In this document: one piece after another, positions 1-13,458 of the stretch
Numbering within the stretch: position 1 is the stretch's first letter
How the letters are laid out: every line of letters begins with the position of its first letter
Assembly: GCA_951406725.2 (NCBI GenBank)
Contig: OX597830.1
Coordinates: 32,798,001 to 32,862,000 of the forward strand
From: Octopus vulgaris
Taxonomy: Eukaryota
Length of the DNA stretch: 64,000 nt
Direction: 5' to 3'
Made by a program: the position numbers and the translations under genes
Notes under the pieces: generated by a model
What the model was told of the DNA's origin: nothing
What the model saw: the letters and a program-made list of their open reading frames with translations, nothing else
Databases searched by the model: none

Positions 1-302
1 AGTTACAGGGAAATAAAATCACTAGCATCAGTTGTCAAGCAATGTTGGGGGTACAAACACAGACACGCAAACATGTACATACACACATACATACATATAT
101 ATATTTATATATATATATATACACACACACATACACATATACGACAGGCTTCTTTCAGTTTCCGTCTACCAAATCCACTCACAAGGCTTTGGTCGGCTCG
201 AGGCTATAGTAGAAGACACTTGCCCAAGGTGGCACACAGTGGGATTGAACCCGGAACCATGTGGTTAGTAAGGAAGCTACTTACCACACAGCCACTCCTA
301 TG

Positions 303-305
<3 letters not shown>
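1..305 (-). mobile_element. SINE family A (tRNA-derived, CORE-like), cut by the window edge
   Basis: The minus strand reads AGGCATAGGAGTGGCTGTGTGG (A-box-like), GGTTCAATCCC (B-box-like) and CACCTTGGGCAAGTGTCTT (CORE-like), then an internal TA/TG microsatellite. Near-identical copies occur elsewhere in the window. Confidence 0.9.
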
Positions 306-390
<85 letters not shown>

Positions 391-402
391 TACATATATT
401 AA

Positions 403-782
403 TATTGATAATAGTAAAGAGTATGGGGACTTGTAAATCTGCAAAATTTATTTTATAGTTATAAACAACATACAATGTTGACCTACACATGTTTCTGTAG
501 TAGCAACTACTCACTGCTGCAAATGCGACCTTACAATTTTGTCAATTCAGATTTGTCAAATTAGTAATGACTCCCCCACCTCCCACTGAACACTAACTAA
601 CAAAAATTTACTGCAATGAGTTCTCTTTGAAGATGACCGAATGGACATTTTCTGATGAAGCTGTACGGACAATATTGCAAGGTCGCATTTGCAATAGTGT
701 AGGTCATTATAATATGCTGAATATAAGCAGAAAATAAATTTCATAGATGTAGAAGTCCCCTTATTCTTTATTATTATCAATA
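403..782. mobile_element. Foldback/MITE-like element with long imperfect inverted arms
   Basis: 403-543 is the reverse complement of 668-782 (e.g. TGCAAATGCGACCTTACAATTTTGTC vs GACAATATTGCAAGGTCGCATTTGCA; ATGGGGACTT vs AAGTCCCCTT). The left arm has an extra ~26 bp. Confidence 0.65.
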
Positions 783-791
783 CTACCATAT

Positions 792-1245
792 TAGGCAGCA
801 AGCAGGCAGAATTGTTAGCATGCCAGGGCAAAATGCTCAGCGGTATTTCATTTGGCAGAAACGTTAGCGTGCCAGGCGAAATGCTTAGCGGTATTTCGTC
901 TGCGTTACGTTGTGAGTTCAAATTCCGCCGAGGTCGACTTTGCCTTTCATCCTTTCGGGGTCGATAAATTAAGTACCAGTTACGCACTGGGGTCGATGTA
1001 ATCGACTTAATACCTATGTCTGTCCTTGTTTGTCCCCTCTGTGTTTAGCCCCTTGTGGGTAATAAAGAAATAGGTATTTCATCTGCTGCTACGTTCTGAG
1101 TTCAAATTCCACCGAGGTCGATTTTGCTTCTCATTCTTTTGGGGTTCGATGAAATAAGTACTAGTTATGCACTTGGGTTAAAGTAACTGACTAGACCCCT
1201 TCCCCCAAAATTTTCATGGACTTGTGCCTTGAGTAGAAATAATTA
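792..1245 (+). mobile_element. SINE family B (MetaSINE-like central domain), with internal partial duplications
   Basis: GGCAGAAACGTTAGC head, GAGTTCAAATTCC B-box-like motif, and GCCTTTCATCCTTTCGGGGTCGATAAATTAAGTACCAG, which resembles the Meta domain. Head and body segments are repeated in tandem. Confidence 0.8.
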
Positions 1246-1423
1246 TCAATGCTAATATATACTCTAGACAATTTTTACTGTGCAGTGAAGAGTACACAGA
1301 ATTACCCATCGGAGGAATTCATGAAGCAACTAACAACTAATTGTAGTCACAGACTTAGATTCTAATCATTGTGGTTAGCTGTTATCTGGAACTTAACTGA
1401 GAGCTAATACGATATCTGCCTGG

Positions 1424-1458
<35 letters not shown>

Positions 1459-1500
1459 TTATATTACTTATATACATATGTATATACATATATACATATA

Positions 1501-1867
1501 CTAGCTGTATCAGCTGGTGTTGCTTTAGAATTGAAATTTTTGAAAAGTAAAAATTTTGCATTATGTAGCTTGTTATTCTCTTTAAGTGAACATTTTTCTG
1601 GTTGAAATACATGAAAAATGGCGACAGTCAAAAAATCGTTAAAAAATAGGGATTTTCATAGAAAAAAAGCACCTTTTTGATGTAAATAATTTTTGGTGTT
1701 AACATGGTCCAATTTGAATTTTTTCTTCTACGGAAGGAAGAGCAGGCCTTCTTCTATCATACTCTCAATTTTGGTCAACTTGCGCCACAGGGTCTCGGGG
1801 GAGATAGTGTTAGTTGAAGGCTACCAAACCTGCCATACACAGACAACTTCAGCTTTATATATATAGA
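1501..1867 (-). mobile_element. Non-autonomous Helitron
   Basis: The minus strand starts TCTATATATATAAAGCTG and ends ...GATACAGCTAG, inserted between host A and T with no TSD. These are the canonical 5'-TC and CTAG-3' Helitron termini. The subterminal hairpin is degenerate. Confidence 0.7.
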
Positions 1868-2371
1868 TAATTGGTATGTGTTCACAAAGTCCAAACGATT
1901 AATACGAAAAAACCCTCCAGGCTACATCCCGAAAATTCATTTCTTTGCCAAATTTCTACAATGTTTACAGCGATTCGTTTTTATATCTTGATTTTTTATT
2001 TATCATGCAATTTACGCATGCTTGCATGCGTGGTCAACACAGGTCACGTTAAACAGCTGACTGAGTAAAGTTCACTATTCAATGCATAGGGTAAGGCCTA
2101 AACAAACACATTATCGATTTTTGCACTTGTGAGATGAATTTTGGAACAGAAATAGCACAGTTCAATTTTCATTCGCCTAAACTTTAAGTGACCCATTTTT
2201 AGTGGTTCTACGATTTGTTGGCTAGGAGGAGATGTGCCGGGAAGTTAAACACACAGACACACACACACAGATGCACACACAGACACACAAGTTGAGTTTT
2301 ATATGTATAGATATATACATATACATATATACATATATATATACATATACATATATATATCTACATGTATA

Positions 2372-2424
<53 letters not shown>

Positions 2425-2431
2425 TCATATA

Positions 2432-2497
<66 letters not shown>

Positions 2498-2500
<3 letters not shown>

Positions 2501-2647
2501 GAAATTTATAGGAAAACAAAAGATGAAGACAGGTGTATAAACAGCAAGCAGGTGTAATAGTTTGATGCTCGGTAAAGTGAGAAAGTCTTTTACGTTTTGA
2601 GCCTACGCTCTTCAACAGAAAGGAACACAAGGAAATAAACAGAGAGA

Positions 2648-2650
<3 letters not shown>
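2498..2650 (-). mobile_element. Penelope-like pseudo-LTR fragment with a degenerate hammerhead motif
   Basis: Minus 2622-2587 reads CTTT-CTGTTGA-A-GAGC-GTAG-GCTC-AAAA-CG-TA-AAAG. A related copy lies on plus near 44940-45270. It is embedded in (TA)n. Confidence 0.55.
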
Positions 2651-2704
<54 letters not shown>

Positions 2705-2920
2705 GCTATAACTTAGCCAATTCAGCAAAGAGACCAACAGAATAAGAACCAAGCTTCAAAAGTAAATAGAAACGTACTGGATTCAATTCCTTTGACTAAA
2801 AGCACTTCAAGGTGATGCTCCAGCATGGCTGTAGTTTAATGACTGAAACAAGCAGAAGATAAAAAATTCTTCAACTCATACAAGAACCAAGAAAAATCGC
2901 TTACCATTTCAAATTGAATA

Positions 2921-3190
2921 TCACATTCTTGGTAAACCTGTTTCTGTGATTTGGTAATAATGCAAATGTTTTTGAGTCTCATGGGGTGTGACTGAGCTTA
3001 TCACAGTCTCTAAGGCTGCATGACACAAGTTCACATTTGGGAGGAGCTGGTTTGCTTTTGCATTATTTATTTCCTGGAACTTAGATTTCTTTTCATAAGG
3101 AATATTTTGTACAATTATGGAACTGATCTTTGCATTTTTGCATGTGTTTGTAGCACTGCAGGAAGACAAAGACTTTTGGTGGTGATTCAT
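2921..3190 (-). pseudogene. Possible highly degenerate Penelope-like RT/GIY-YIG linker remnant
   Basis: The translation NAKISSIIVQNI...TVISSVTPHETQKHLHYYQITETG loosely recalls the KISYSCMPNI...Y.G.TE region of Penelope-like ORFs. The resemblance is weak. Confidence 0.3.
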
Positions 3191-3244
3191 TGGTTAATTA
3201 AGTGGTTTAGGACACTTTCATTTGAATAATTTATGTATGATAGA

Positions 3245-3900
3245 TTGGAAGAGAAGGAGAGAGAGATGGGAGGAGAAGGAGAGCTTGAGAAAGAGAGAGA
3301 GAGGTGGAGGAGAAGGAGAACTTGAGAAAGGGAGAGAGGGGAAAGAGAGAGTAAGAGTGAGAGCAGTAGAGAGTGAAAAGCATGAGCATGAAAGAAAGAG
3401 TACAAGATAAAGAGGGAGAGAGGAGGAGAAGGAGAGGGAGATGGATAGAGAGAGGGGAAAGAGAGGGGGAGAGAGAGGAAAGAGAGGGGGAGAGAGGGAG
3501 GAAAGAGAGGGGAAGAGAGAGGAAAGAGAGGGAGAGAGAAGAGAAAGACGAAAGAGAGGTGGAGAGAGAGACAGAGAGAGGGGCAGAAAGCTTAAGTGTT
3601 AAAGAAAAAATACTAGAGAGACAAGAGGCAGTGAAAGCATGAGAGAGAAGGAACACAAGACTGAAAGAGAGAGACAGAAAGAGAGAGAGAGAGTGACAGA
3701 CAGACAGACAGAGAAAGAAAAACCTGATTATATGTTAGGTATATTATATATTATATAAGTGAAAGAGAGAGTAAGAGAGAAAGAAGCACAAAAATGAAAA
3801 AGGTAGGGAGTGAGAGAACACAAGAGAGAGAGAAAACAGAAGAGAAAGAGAGAGAGAGAGAGAGCAAGAAGGAAAGAGAAAGAAAGAGAGTGAGAAGTGA
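3245..3900. repeat. Purine-rich (GA/AG) low-complexity tract
   Basis: Nearly uninterrupted A/G sequence. Confidence 0.9.
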
Positions 3901-4210
3901 GACATATGACAAACAGGACTGCAGTTCTATTATTGAAACCACTAAAAGAATAAAATTACTGACAATTAAGCTTATTGTAAAGTGATTTTAGGAGTCTGTT
4001 GGTATGATGCCCATACTAATCCCTAATGCACTGAAATAACAGCTATAACAAAGAATCAAACTTGTACTGCAGGTTAGGTTTGCTAAAATCTTATCACTTT
4101 CTCTTGAGGCATTCACCTTTAGATATATTTAGCACCTATTGATATAGAAAAACAATGAGTCACAAATCAGATGTGTCACAAATAACCAGCAAACTATGTA
4201 AAACTTTGTT

Positions 4211-4608
4211 AGGCATAGGAGTGGCTGTGTGGTAAGTAGCTTGCTTATCAACCACATGGTTCTGGCTTCAGTCTCACTGCATGGCATCTTGGGCAAGTGT
4301 CTTCTACTATAGCCTCGGGTCGACCAAAGCCTTGTGAGTGGATTTGGTAGACGGAAACTGAAACAAGCCTGTCGTATATATGTATATATATACGTGTGTG
4401 TGTGTGTGTATGTTTGTGTGTCTATGTTTGTCCTTGCAACATCGCTTGATAACCAATGCTGGTGTGTTTACATCACCGTAACTTAGCGGTTCAGCAAAAG
4501 AGACTGATAGAATAAGTACTAGGCTTACAAAGAATAAATCCTGGGGTCGATTTGCTCGACTAAAGGCCACAGTCAAATGACTGAAATGAGTACAAGAATA
4601 AAAGAGAG
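4211..4608 (+). mobile_element. SINE family A, near full length
   Basis: Head AGGCATAGGAGTGGCTGTGTGG through 3' CAGTCAAATGACTGAAA and an A-rich tail. Confidence 0.9.
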
Positions 4609-4865
4609 AAGCAGTGTTAGTTGAAAATAGCATTTTGTATATTTTACTTAATATGGACATACAGGTGAAATAACGATCAGAGATACTTTACCTCATGTAG
4701 AATCTGTGTGAGCAACTCAGATGTATTGTAAGCTCTTCTAAATCCATTGCAATGCTAAAAAAAAACCCATTCCATACTGTTTGCATGTATCTAAGGGTCA
4801 CAAGCTTTGTTCCCTTTCACTTGTACAACTTCACCTGAGTGGGGAAGTGAGTACTGAGCTTGTCT

Positions 4866-5090
4866 TCACTTGTGGTCACTTATCAATCACAGCCATCTTG
4901 ATCTAGTTTCAACCACTCTGCCTATTTCCTCGATGGCTTTCTTCAGTTGTTTAGGTTCCAGACTTATCTTCTGCAGGAAGTAGCACGCTGTTATAGATGG
5001 AAAGCTGCAGCAGCTGACTTCATTCGGGAATGAGGCTGCATACCATCTCTTGACAAGGGCCTTATTAACTAAGTCCTGATATTCTTCCTT
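4866..5090 (-). pseudogene. HERO-like non-LTR retrotransposon, C-terminal restriction-like endonuclease remnant
   Basis: Manual translation gives KEEYQDLVNKALVKRWYAASFPNEVSCCSFPSITACYFLQKISLEPKQLKKAIEEIGRVVETRSRWL*LISDHK*. This fits the KY.DLV...GW.A..FP.EVGCRGF...KKAI.EI...E..S.WLW pattern I associate with HERO-clade C-termini. Confidence 0.7.
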
Positions 5091-7159
5091 GTTTACATAT
5101 AAGGATGGCAGTTCTTAGTGACTTGTATATGAGAGAATTGTTGTTAGTAGTTGATGAAGTGAAACAACACAGAAACATGTGTTCTACAATCCAATAATAT
5201 TATTTACAGGGTGAATTTTCACGTATGCTGTTTATAAAGAAAATTTCTCTTCTGAGACAGTTAATACATCGAAGGAGTTTTCATGTTTCGATAGAATTGT
5301 GAATACAAGTAACCAAGGAGAGAGTTTCTCTGATGGGTCTTTGGAGTAATGCTACTTGATGGAGCTCATAGCTTAGAGATCAGAGGGGCACTTTAGATAG
5401 AGCTGCTAATTCTCTGAATTGAGGGACCAGAGTTCTGATATTATGAACATGAGGTAAGGATATCTCTGTATAGAATGACTGGGGACAGGTTTTACAGGCA
5501 AAAACCAACCAGTAGGAGGTCCAAGAGTTGACCATGTGCAAGATGGTTGGATAACATTTATTAGCTTGCTTGGTTTTGCTCAGTGACCCAACCAAATCAA
5601 TCAGAGATAGTTGCTTATGACAGAACCCAATGGAAGACATGTTTGAAGACTCTGCCCCAATAACCTTTCCAAGAATAAGCAGCTGAAAAAGATGGGATGA
5701 GATGAGTTTAACATAAATGTATATAGCTTTAAATATCAATGGTTTTGTTCACTCATTTCTCTAGTCTTCAGGGCTTAGGGGAACAACGTTTCTACCCAGG
5801 ATAAAATACCAATCTATAACAGTTTAACTTTTCACTGACACACACCAACCAGCAAGTGTTTCCTCAGTCAACAGGATCCTATTTACTCAACCTGCTGTAT
5901 CCCTTGCATATTAATTAAAGAGGATGACATAGCAGTCACGTAGACCCATTTATTAGCTCAGCAATTAGGCTACTTTTATAAAGCACTAATGATTTAATGT
6001 TAACATAATCCTAATGCATAACTCTGTGAGTTAATCCTTCTTCAAACTAAATTTAATTTGTTGGATTAGCTATCAACTAACTGGCTTTTATTTAGTTTAT
6101 TTTTATATTTTATTTGTTATTTTTTTAGCTGTTTTATTTGTATATATATTTCTTTTATTATTTTTTTTTCATTAATAATTTCTTTTCTCATTTAATTTTA
6201 ATTCATTTCTGCTTAATCAAACTTGATGCACACAATTGCATTGAGTTACAGCTCATATGATGCTTGGTGCGAAACAAGAAAGAAGAAAAAAAGAAAACAA
6301 CAAAGCAAGACAAAACAAAGCACAAATTAAACAAATTACACAAACAAATAAATAAAACAATTTTTTTTACACATGCCAAAAAGAAAAGAAAAAACAATAA
6401 TTAAAAAAAAAAACAATAATTTAAAATAAAAGAACGACCTAAGAAAATTTTTCAAAAATATAAATATGAAAACTATAAAAAAAGTTTTAAAAAATTATAT
6501 TTAAATAGACACATAAATAAATAAAAAGAACATTAAACAATTTAAAATTAAGTTTCGTGTGATGATGAAAACTAATTTGGTTTTATGGTGGCTAATGCGT
6601 TTACTAATGATTTTAATGAGGCAAGTTAAGAAATAATGATGATGTGAGAGAAAGAAAAAAACTAAAGTAAAAAAACATACAAAGAAGAACGCAAGGAAAA
6701 AATAGTTAACACAGCTGCCTTTTGGCAATGGATAGATTTAGATGAGAGGAGATGAAGACAAAAAGAGGAGCAGGAGGAGGAGGAGATTGGGTAAGAAGGA
6801 GAGAAAGGAGAAGAGGGAGAGGAAGGAGAGGAAGGAGAAGGGGTTGTTGGAGAGAAACAAAGCCAAATAGGAAAAAAAAGGGAAGAAACAAGAAGAAGAA
6901 AGAAAGTAGATAAGAATGAACTTGAATGGAACAAACAACTTGTCGTTGACTACTTTATCAGTATATAAATCAATGGATGATGATACAACAATTTGAAATC
7001 TAATTTAATGTATGTATAAATACACACACACACACACACATGCACAAATATGCAGATGTATGCTTAGATATACACACACACACACATACACACTGCATAC
7101 TAACGCATATATGTATCAACAGAATATGCAAACTTTATGACAATTACTTTGCAGACTTT

Positions 7160-7275
7160 CTCTCTCCCTTTCACACTATCTGTCTTTTTCTCTCTCTCTT
7201 TCTCTCTCTATCTATCTATTTATCTATCTACCTATTGTTTTGTCTTTCTCTTTCTCTCCCTCCCTCCCTCCCTCC

Positions 7276-7337
<62 letters not shown>

Positions 7338-7403
7338 GTCTCTCTATTCATCTAACTATATATGTATTTATCTATTCATCCATCTATCCTTCCATCCTTC
7401 CTT

Positions 7404-7434
<31 letters not shown>

Positions 7435-7463
7435 TTTCTTCTTTCCTTTCTTTCTTTCTTTTT

Positions 7464-7496
<33 letters not shown>

Positions 7497-7586
7497 TTTC
7501 CTTCTTTCCTTCCTTCCTTCCTTCCTTCCTTCCTTTCTTTCTTTCTTTCTTTCTTGTCTCTCCTTTCTCTCTTTCTCTGTTGCTAA

Positions 7587-7628
<42 letters not shown>

Positions 7629-7671
7629 CTATCTCTCTATCTCTCTATCTCTCTATCTCTCTATCTATCTA

Positions 7672-7710
<39 letters not shown>

Positions 7711-8001
7711 CCCCCCCCCCCCCGATCCCTTTTGATAAGAATTTTACTTTCTTTCTTATTTTCCCCCTTTTTTTTCATTTTCGCAAAGAAAAGCTCTACA
7801 TTTGTATTTGTCCCCTCTCTATTCACCTCTGTGTGGCCAATAAAGAAAGTTATCTATCTATCTATCAGTCTGTCTGTCTGTCTGTCTATCTGTCCATCCG
7901 TCTGTCTGTATGTCTATCTATCTATCTATCTGTGTGCAGCCCTGTGTGGCTAATAAAGAAACATATCTATCTGTCTGTCTGTCTGCTGTCCGTTTATCTA
8001 T

Positions 8002-8055
<54 letters not shown>

Positions 8056-8151
8056 GTCTGTCTCTCTTTCTTTCTCATCTCCAGCAATATCATCTCAACA
8101 CTATTCAACACTTTTAAACATTTACTTTTCCACATACACACACACATACAC

Positions 8152-8223
<72 letters not shown>

Positions 8224-8230
8224 ATGCACA
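7160..8230. repeat. Compound microsatellite (CT, TCTA, CCAG, CTTT, CCTT, CA)
   Basis: Seen directly. It includes two short SINE-B tail-like pieces (CTGTGTGGCCAATAAAGAAA near 7829 and a variant near 7942). Confidence 0.95.
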
Positions 8231-10041
8231 CTCTCACAAAGACACCAATAATACACGACAGAAATTTGGAAGTTCAGTATGTTTCATGGCAACTGTTAAC
8301 AATTATCAGGCATGATGAAAACGTTTAAAATATAACAAAAAATACTGTTTTTTCTCTTTACCAGACCTGTTGTATGTTTTGAGGTAGAATTGCTTGTCAT
8401 TTGCTTTACTCATTCGGATGTGGCACTTGAACTAAAATTTGCACAACTGCATTCTCTTCTGAAACCCAGGAGAACATTTTCAAGAATATAAAAGTATATT
8501 ACTTGAAAGATAATACTCAGTGATTTTAAATGTCAACTGAATATAACGTAAAATTAATAGGCTCCCAAGAATTACAAAGAACCAGAAACGCTTTTTTGCA
8601 TATATATATTCATATATATATATTAATTATCACACAATTTGAGAAGTACAGAAACATACAATAGCACCCATTAGAATATTCCGCTTTTTAATGAACAATT
8701 CAAATACATAAAATAGTTAAAAGTAAAAGACCACTGAAGTCTTTAAAAAAAACTTGCTAGCACCTAATTACCCTCAGTTAAAAAAAATACAACACCAATA
8801 ATTAAAATGTGTAACCACCCTAATTGCAGAATCTGCATCAAAGCCATTGGAAGCTCCAGAGATGACTTTAATTCAAGAAACTTACCAAAATTATTTCACT
8901 TGAACAACAAGAAATCTGATTTACCTTATCAAATGCAATGGGTGAAATGAGGATTGCATAGAACAAAATGTGAATTAATCTGATGCACTGAATGACAGTC
9001 CACTGTCAACAAGTATAAGACCTCACTACTAGACAAATACTCATCAATAAACATTTGGATCTTTGTCCATAAAGCATCTCAAGCATCAAATTTCCCTTCA
9101 TACCGATATATTACAAGCGCCTCAATTCAATTCATATTAAGGGAAATATGTTTAACAATATGATAGAATGAGAAAACAGATCATATTGATGTTCAACTAA
9201 AAATTAATCTGACCAGGATATCAGAAAAACAAGTAACGTCTTAAGGGAGTCAGCTAACTGGAATGCTGGACAACTATTGGATAAAAACAAGTGGTCAGGA
9301 CATCTGATAAACAAATGACGTCTACAGACAGTTTAACCAACTAGAATGCTGGACTGCTGTCAGACAAGAACAAGTGACCAGTGTACACCAGGGCAAAGAT
9401 GGACAGAAACAAATAATATCTTTAAGTAAGTAACCAATCAAGACTTGAAACTATATCTTAAAGCTGGCAGATATAAGGTAATACTGGCATGAAAAATTGT
9501 TCACAGTTCATAATGAAATAAAGAAAGTAAATGATGAATAATTCTGCCTCACATTATTCAAGAGAGTTTGTAATATTTTTTTCTTTTTCTTAAAACTTAA
9601 AGCCTTCATCATGTCTAATTTCCAGCGTAATTTATTTCTATGAAACTTATTGAACTTTCAGATTTCCATAATATATTACTGCTATGAAATTTATCGAATA
9701 TTTGAACTCTCATTACATCATATTGGTGTGAAACTTATTAAACATTGGAATATTCATCAAGCAATTTTGCTTGAAACATATTGATCATTTTTGAATGTTT
9801 CATCACCATGAAACTTTTTTTGCATTCTCTTACTTTTAAATTTTCATTGCATTTAAATAATATTTCTTTACACGGCAAAACAAAAAATAAAAGAAATAAT
9901 ATTGAAACCGGTATGGTATTGTAATAAATGAAACAAGTTAAAAAAGAAACAAAATTCATTTTAAGATTCAAATACATTTTCAAGCCAAAATCATTACGTA
10001 TTTGTGTGTGAGTGTATGTTTATATGTCTATATATGTATAT

Positions 10042-10371
10042 GGGTGTAGGTGTGGCTGTGTGATAAAAAGCCTGCTTCCCAACAACTGGTTCAGTAGTTT
10101 CTGGGTTCAGTCCCACTGTGTGGCATGGGCTGAACAAGAACTTGTGAGTGGATCTGGTAGGTGGAAACTAAAAGAAGTCCACTCTATACATACGTGTTTA
10201 GGTCCCTGTAACGTAGCAGTTTGGCAAAAGAGACTAATAGTGTAAAAAGCAGGCTAAATGAAGAAATAAGAACTGGGGTCGATTCATTCAATTAAAAATT
10301 CTTCAAGGCAGTGCCCCAGTATGGCCACAGTCTAATGACTGAAACAAGTTAATGATAAAAGATAAAAGATA
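10042..10371 (+). mobile_element. SINE family A, diverged with internal deletions
   Basis: The head, GTGAGTGGATCTGGTAG and the 3' CAGTCTAATGACTGAAAC plus (GATAAAA) tail are present. Confidence 0.85.
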
Positions 10372-10424
10372 GATGTGTGTGTCTGTCAGGACACATCAAT
10401 ATCCTCACCATTAGCCTTCCATAC

Positions 10425-10880
10425 AACATGTTAGTCATATGGAAGATGGCAGAATTACCAAGGACATACTCTACGGAGAGCTTGCTAGGGGCACTAGGTC
10501 TGTGGGAAGACCGTTCTTATGATACAAGGATGTTTGCAAAAGGGACATGAAGGCCTGTGACATCAATATTAGCAACTGGGAAGCAGTTGCCAGCAACCGT
10601 GGAGATTGGCGACGTACTGTAAAAGAGGGAACACAAAGGAGTGACAGAGGGAGAGAAGAGAAAGGGAAAGACAAGAAAAGACGTCAACAAGAAACTATGA
10701 CATTGCAACCAGCCAGGCAAAGTCTTCGCTACATTTGCGGCACCTGCCAGAGGGAATGTTTGTCCAGGATAGGACTACAAGCTACAGTAGGAGATGTATT
10801 AGGACATGAAATGTAAAAACTGGACTAGATTATTTTATGTGCCACTCCATTGTCTCCCGAGACAAAAAGGATGTCAACAA
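10425..10880 (+). pseudogene. RTE-clade LINE 3' fragment
   Basis: Translation HMEDGRITKDILYGELARGTRSVGRPFL*YKDVCKRDMKACDINISNWEAVASNRGDWRRTVKEG...YICGTCQRECLSRIGL is a typical RTE C-terminus with a zinc finger. A 3' hairpin TGTCTCCCGAGACA follows. Confidence 0.9.
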
Positions 10881-10884
10881 GTCT

Positions 10885-12285
10885 TCTTCATTCCAAAATA
10901 TACATGATGCCTCTTATGGGTTTTCTTTAATTCAACACATTTGTACTTTGTTGTTCATGTATACCTACATTGCACAGTAAGTGGTGTATGCTAGGTTCAT
11001 TTCTTTCCACTCTTCTCAAATCCTGAGTATTCAAGTTCCATGTCTTACTCTCATGCAGCATTGCACTTCTAGCACAAGTGTCATACAACCAGTCCTTCAG
11101 ATCTGAGTAGAAAAGTCCCTTGTTACCAATAAGTGGGTTGAATCTCCTTGAGCTGTTTTTCTCCCAGCCTGTTATTATTCTGGCTACTATGCTTTCGAAG
11201 CAACCAACTCCCTTGCTAATTACCCCTCCTATGTACCAATATTTATCAACATCTTCAAAAGAGTCATCTGGGCATTTAAGAGAATCTCTTTCTGGTGTGC
11301 TCAAAGTACACACTGCTCCAATGTAAGTCACATATGAAGTTTATTTTCACTGAAAAATCTGTGTATGATCTTCCTGACGATACCAGGGTCCAATTTGCTT
11401 TCCTTAGTACTAAAACCTTAGTATTAGCTAAGTTTACTGTTAGGCCCCTCGATTCTAGGTTTAGTTTCCATGTCTGGAATTCCCTCTCTAATTTCTTTGT
11501 GGATTCAGCTACATTTTACAGAATCTTTTAGCTTCTAAATCTTTCATATCTTCATATCATTTTCTTTTTTCTTTTTTTTTTTGTCTCCCATGCTCTAACT
11601 CTGAAGACATTAACGAAAAATTTATGTTCTGAATTCATTGTAAGGAAAGGTTTTTGAACTTACAATAGCACTCTCTGTTCTGCTGAGAATGCAATCTATC
11701 TAATTCGCATGCCCACCAGATTTGTAGGTGATGAGGTGAGAGATGGGAATTTTTGAAGTATGTGTTGCAATAGCTTGATTACTTGCATTAGAGAACTGCA
11801 AGGGTCTTATTTTTTGAAGCATACTGATTGAATCTATGTACATCGCTGAAGCAATCCCTGTATTGGCCAACATGTTCGTTGCCAGCTACGATAATGAAGT
11901 CATCATTTGGTAGTCTGCAGAATCGTCTCATAGAAACGATTTTTCTGTTCTTCAGTCAATCTTTCCACTAGGAGCATATAAAGGGATAAATTTTGTTCTT
12001 GAATTACCTATAGCTTGTCTCATGTGTATCCTGTTGCATATCTTGATTAGTTTAATTACTTTATCTGTTTCTCAACTAACAGAATGTCTGTCCACCCCTT
12101 TTGTCACTAACACTGAAGAATCTGTACTGCTGTCGTTTGCTTCTGAAAAGTTTAGTTGAGGATCCTTTCCATCTTACCCCTTACACACAGCAGACATCTA
12201 CATGTATCCGCTCCAGTATCTCCATAATCTCACTAAGCCTACCTTTCATCGTACACGCATTTATATTTGCCGCCTTCAAGTTTTG
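10885..12285 (-). pseudogene. Second RTE-clade LINE, internally deleted (APE endonuclease plus post-RT region)
   Basis: The APE start is LKAANINACTMKGRLSEIMEILERIHVDVCCV (~12280-12185), followed by HLITYKSGGHAN*IDCIL (~11740-11690). The post-RT segment is VDKYWYIGGVISKGVGCFESIVARIITGW...LYDTCARSAMLHESKTW...DLRRVERNE. There are multiple stops and frameshifts. Confidence 0.85.
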
Positions 12286-12619
12286 AAACCTACAGGAAAG
12301 GTGAGTGTGTCTCTTGTGGCAAAGCTGCTTGGTTGTTGTTTTATGTATATATAAATATATGTTTATGTGTCTGCATATAGCATCATTATCATCGTCGTCA
12401 TTGTATTTCTCCTCCTCCTCCTCCACATCATCATCATCATCATCGCTGTCGTCATTGTTGTCGTCAATGTTGTCGTCATCATTGTTTTAATGTCCATTTT
12501 TCCATGCTTGCACGGATCAAATTAAATTCATGGAGCAGATTTTCTTCATCTGGATACCCTTCTTGTCATCGCCCTTCACCTGTTTCTGTTATATCGTACG
12601 TTCCGATGACCTCTACTCA

Positions 12620-12735
12620 ACTCCTGACGTCTAGACTTCTCCCTCTATATCTACGTATTGGGCTAGCCTACTTCATCATCTGGGGGCGTCCACACAACAG
12701 CGATGTTGATAAGCTCCAGAAATGGCAAAATATCG
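12620..12735 (+). pseudogene. Possible CR1/L2/Jockey-group LINE remnant
   Basis: LLPLYLRIGLAYFIIWGRPHNSDVDKLQKWQN loosely matches the post-RT motif L..LY...IRP.LEY....W......KL...Q. Confidence 0.3.
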
Positions 12736-12939
12736 GTATTTTTCAGACCTGAATTCAATCGGTAGTGTACGTTGTCTTGCCTGTTAATGGCTTTCAGGTG
12801 TTTTAACATCCAGTGTTATATGGGAATCGTCCCCCAGGTGCTACGCCACAGCGAACTGGCAAACAAATAAAACACGTACATTCAGTATGTGCAGTCGATA
12901 ATGTTTACAACACTAGCACTGTTTTTAAGTCATTACAGA

Positions 12940-13032
12940 ATACACACACACACAAACACACAGGTATTGATAGATAGATAGATAGATATATAAATATATA
13001 TTTATATACACATACACATGCACACGCATATA

Positions 13033-13082
<50 letters not shown>

Positions 13083-13237
13083 ATATCTATGTATCTACAT
13101 ATATATATATATATATTATATATATATATATACATATGTAAATATATATATATATATATATATATATAGATAGATAGATAATAGATAGATAGATAGATAG
13201 ATACATACTATATACATTGTGCATATATATATATGCA

Positions 13238-13280
<43 letters not shown>

Positions 13281-13324
13281 TATATAGTGTATATATGTGT
13301 GTGTGTATGTGTGTGTGTAGATAG

Positions 13325-13356
<32 letters not shown>

Positions 13357-13424
13357 GCATATATATATACATATACTATATACATATATATATGTATATG
13401 TATATATATATATGTGTGTATGTA

Positions 13425-13458
<34 letters not shown>

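Noticed and set aside
32-268. Recurrent peptide YQIHSQGFG.PEAIVEDTCPR..VGLNPEPCG found in many ORFs
   Set aside because: It is the antisense translation of SINE A, not a gene family.
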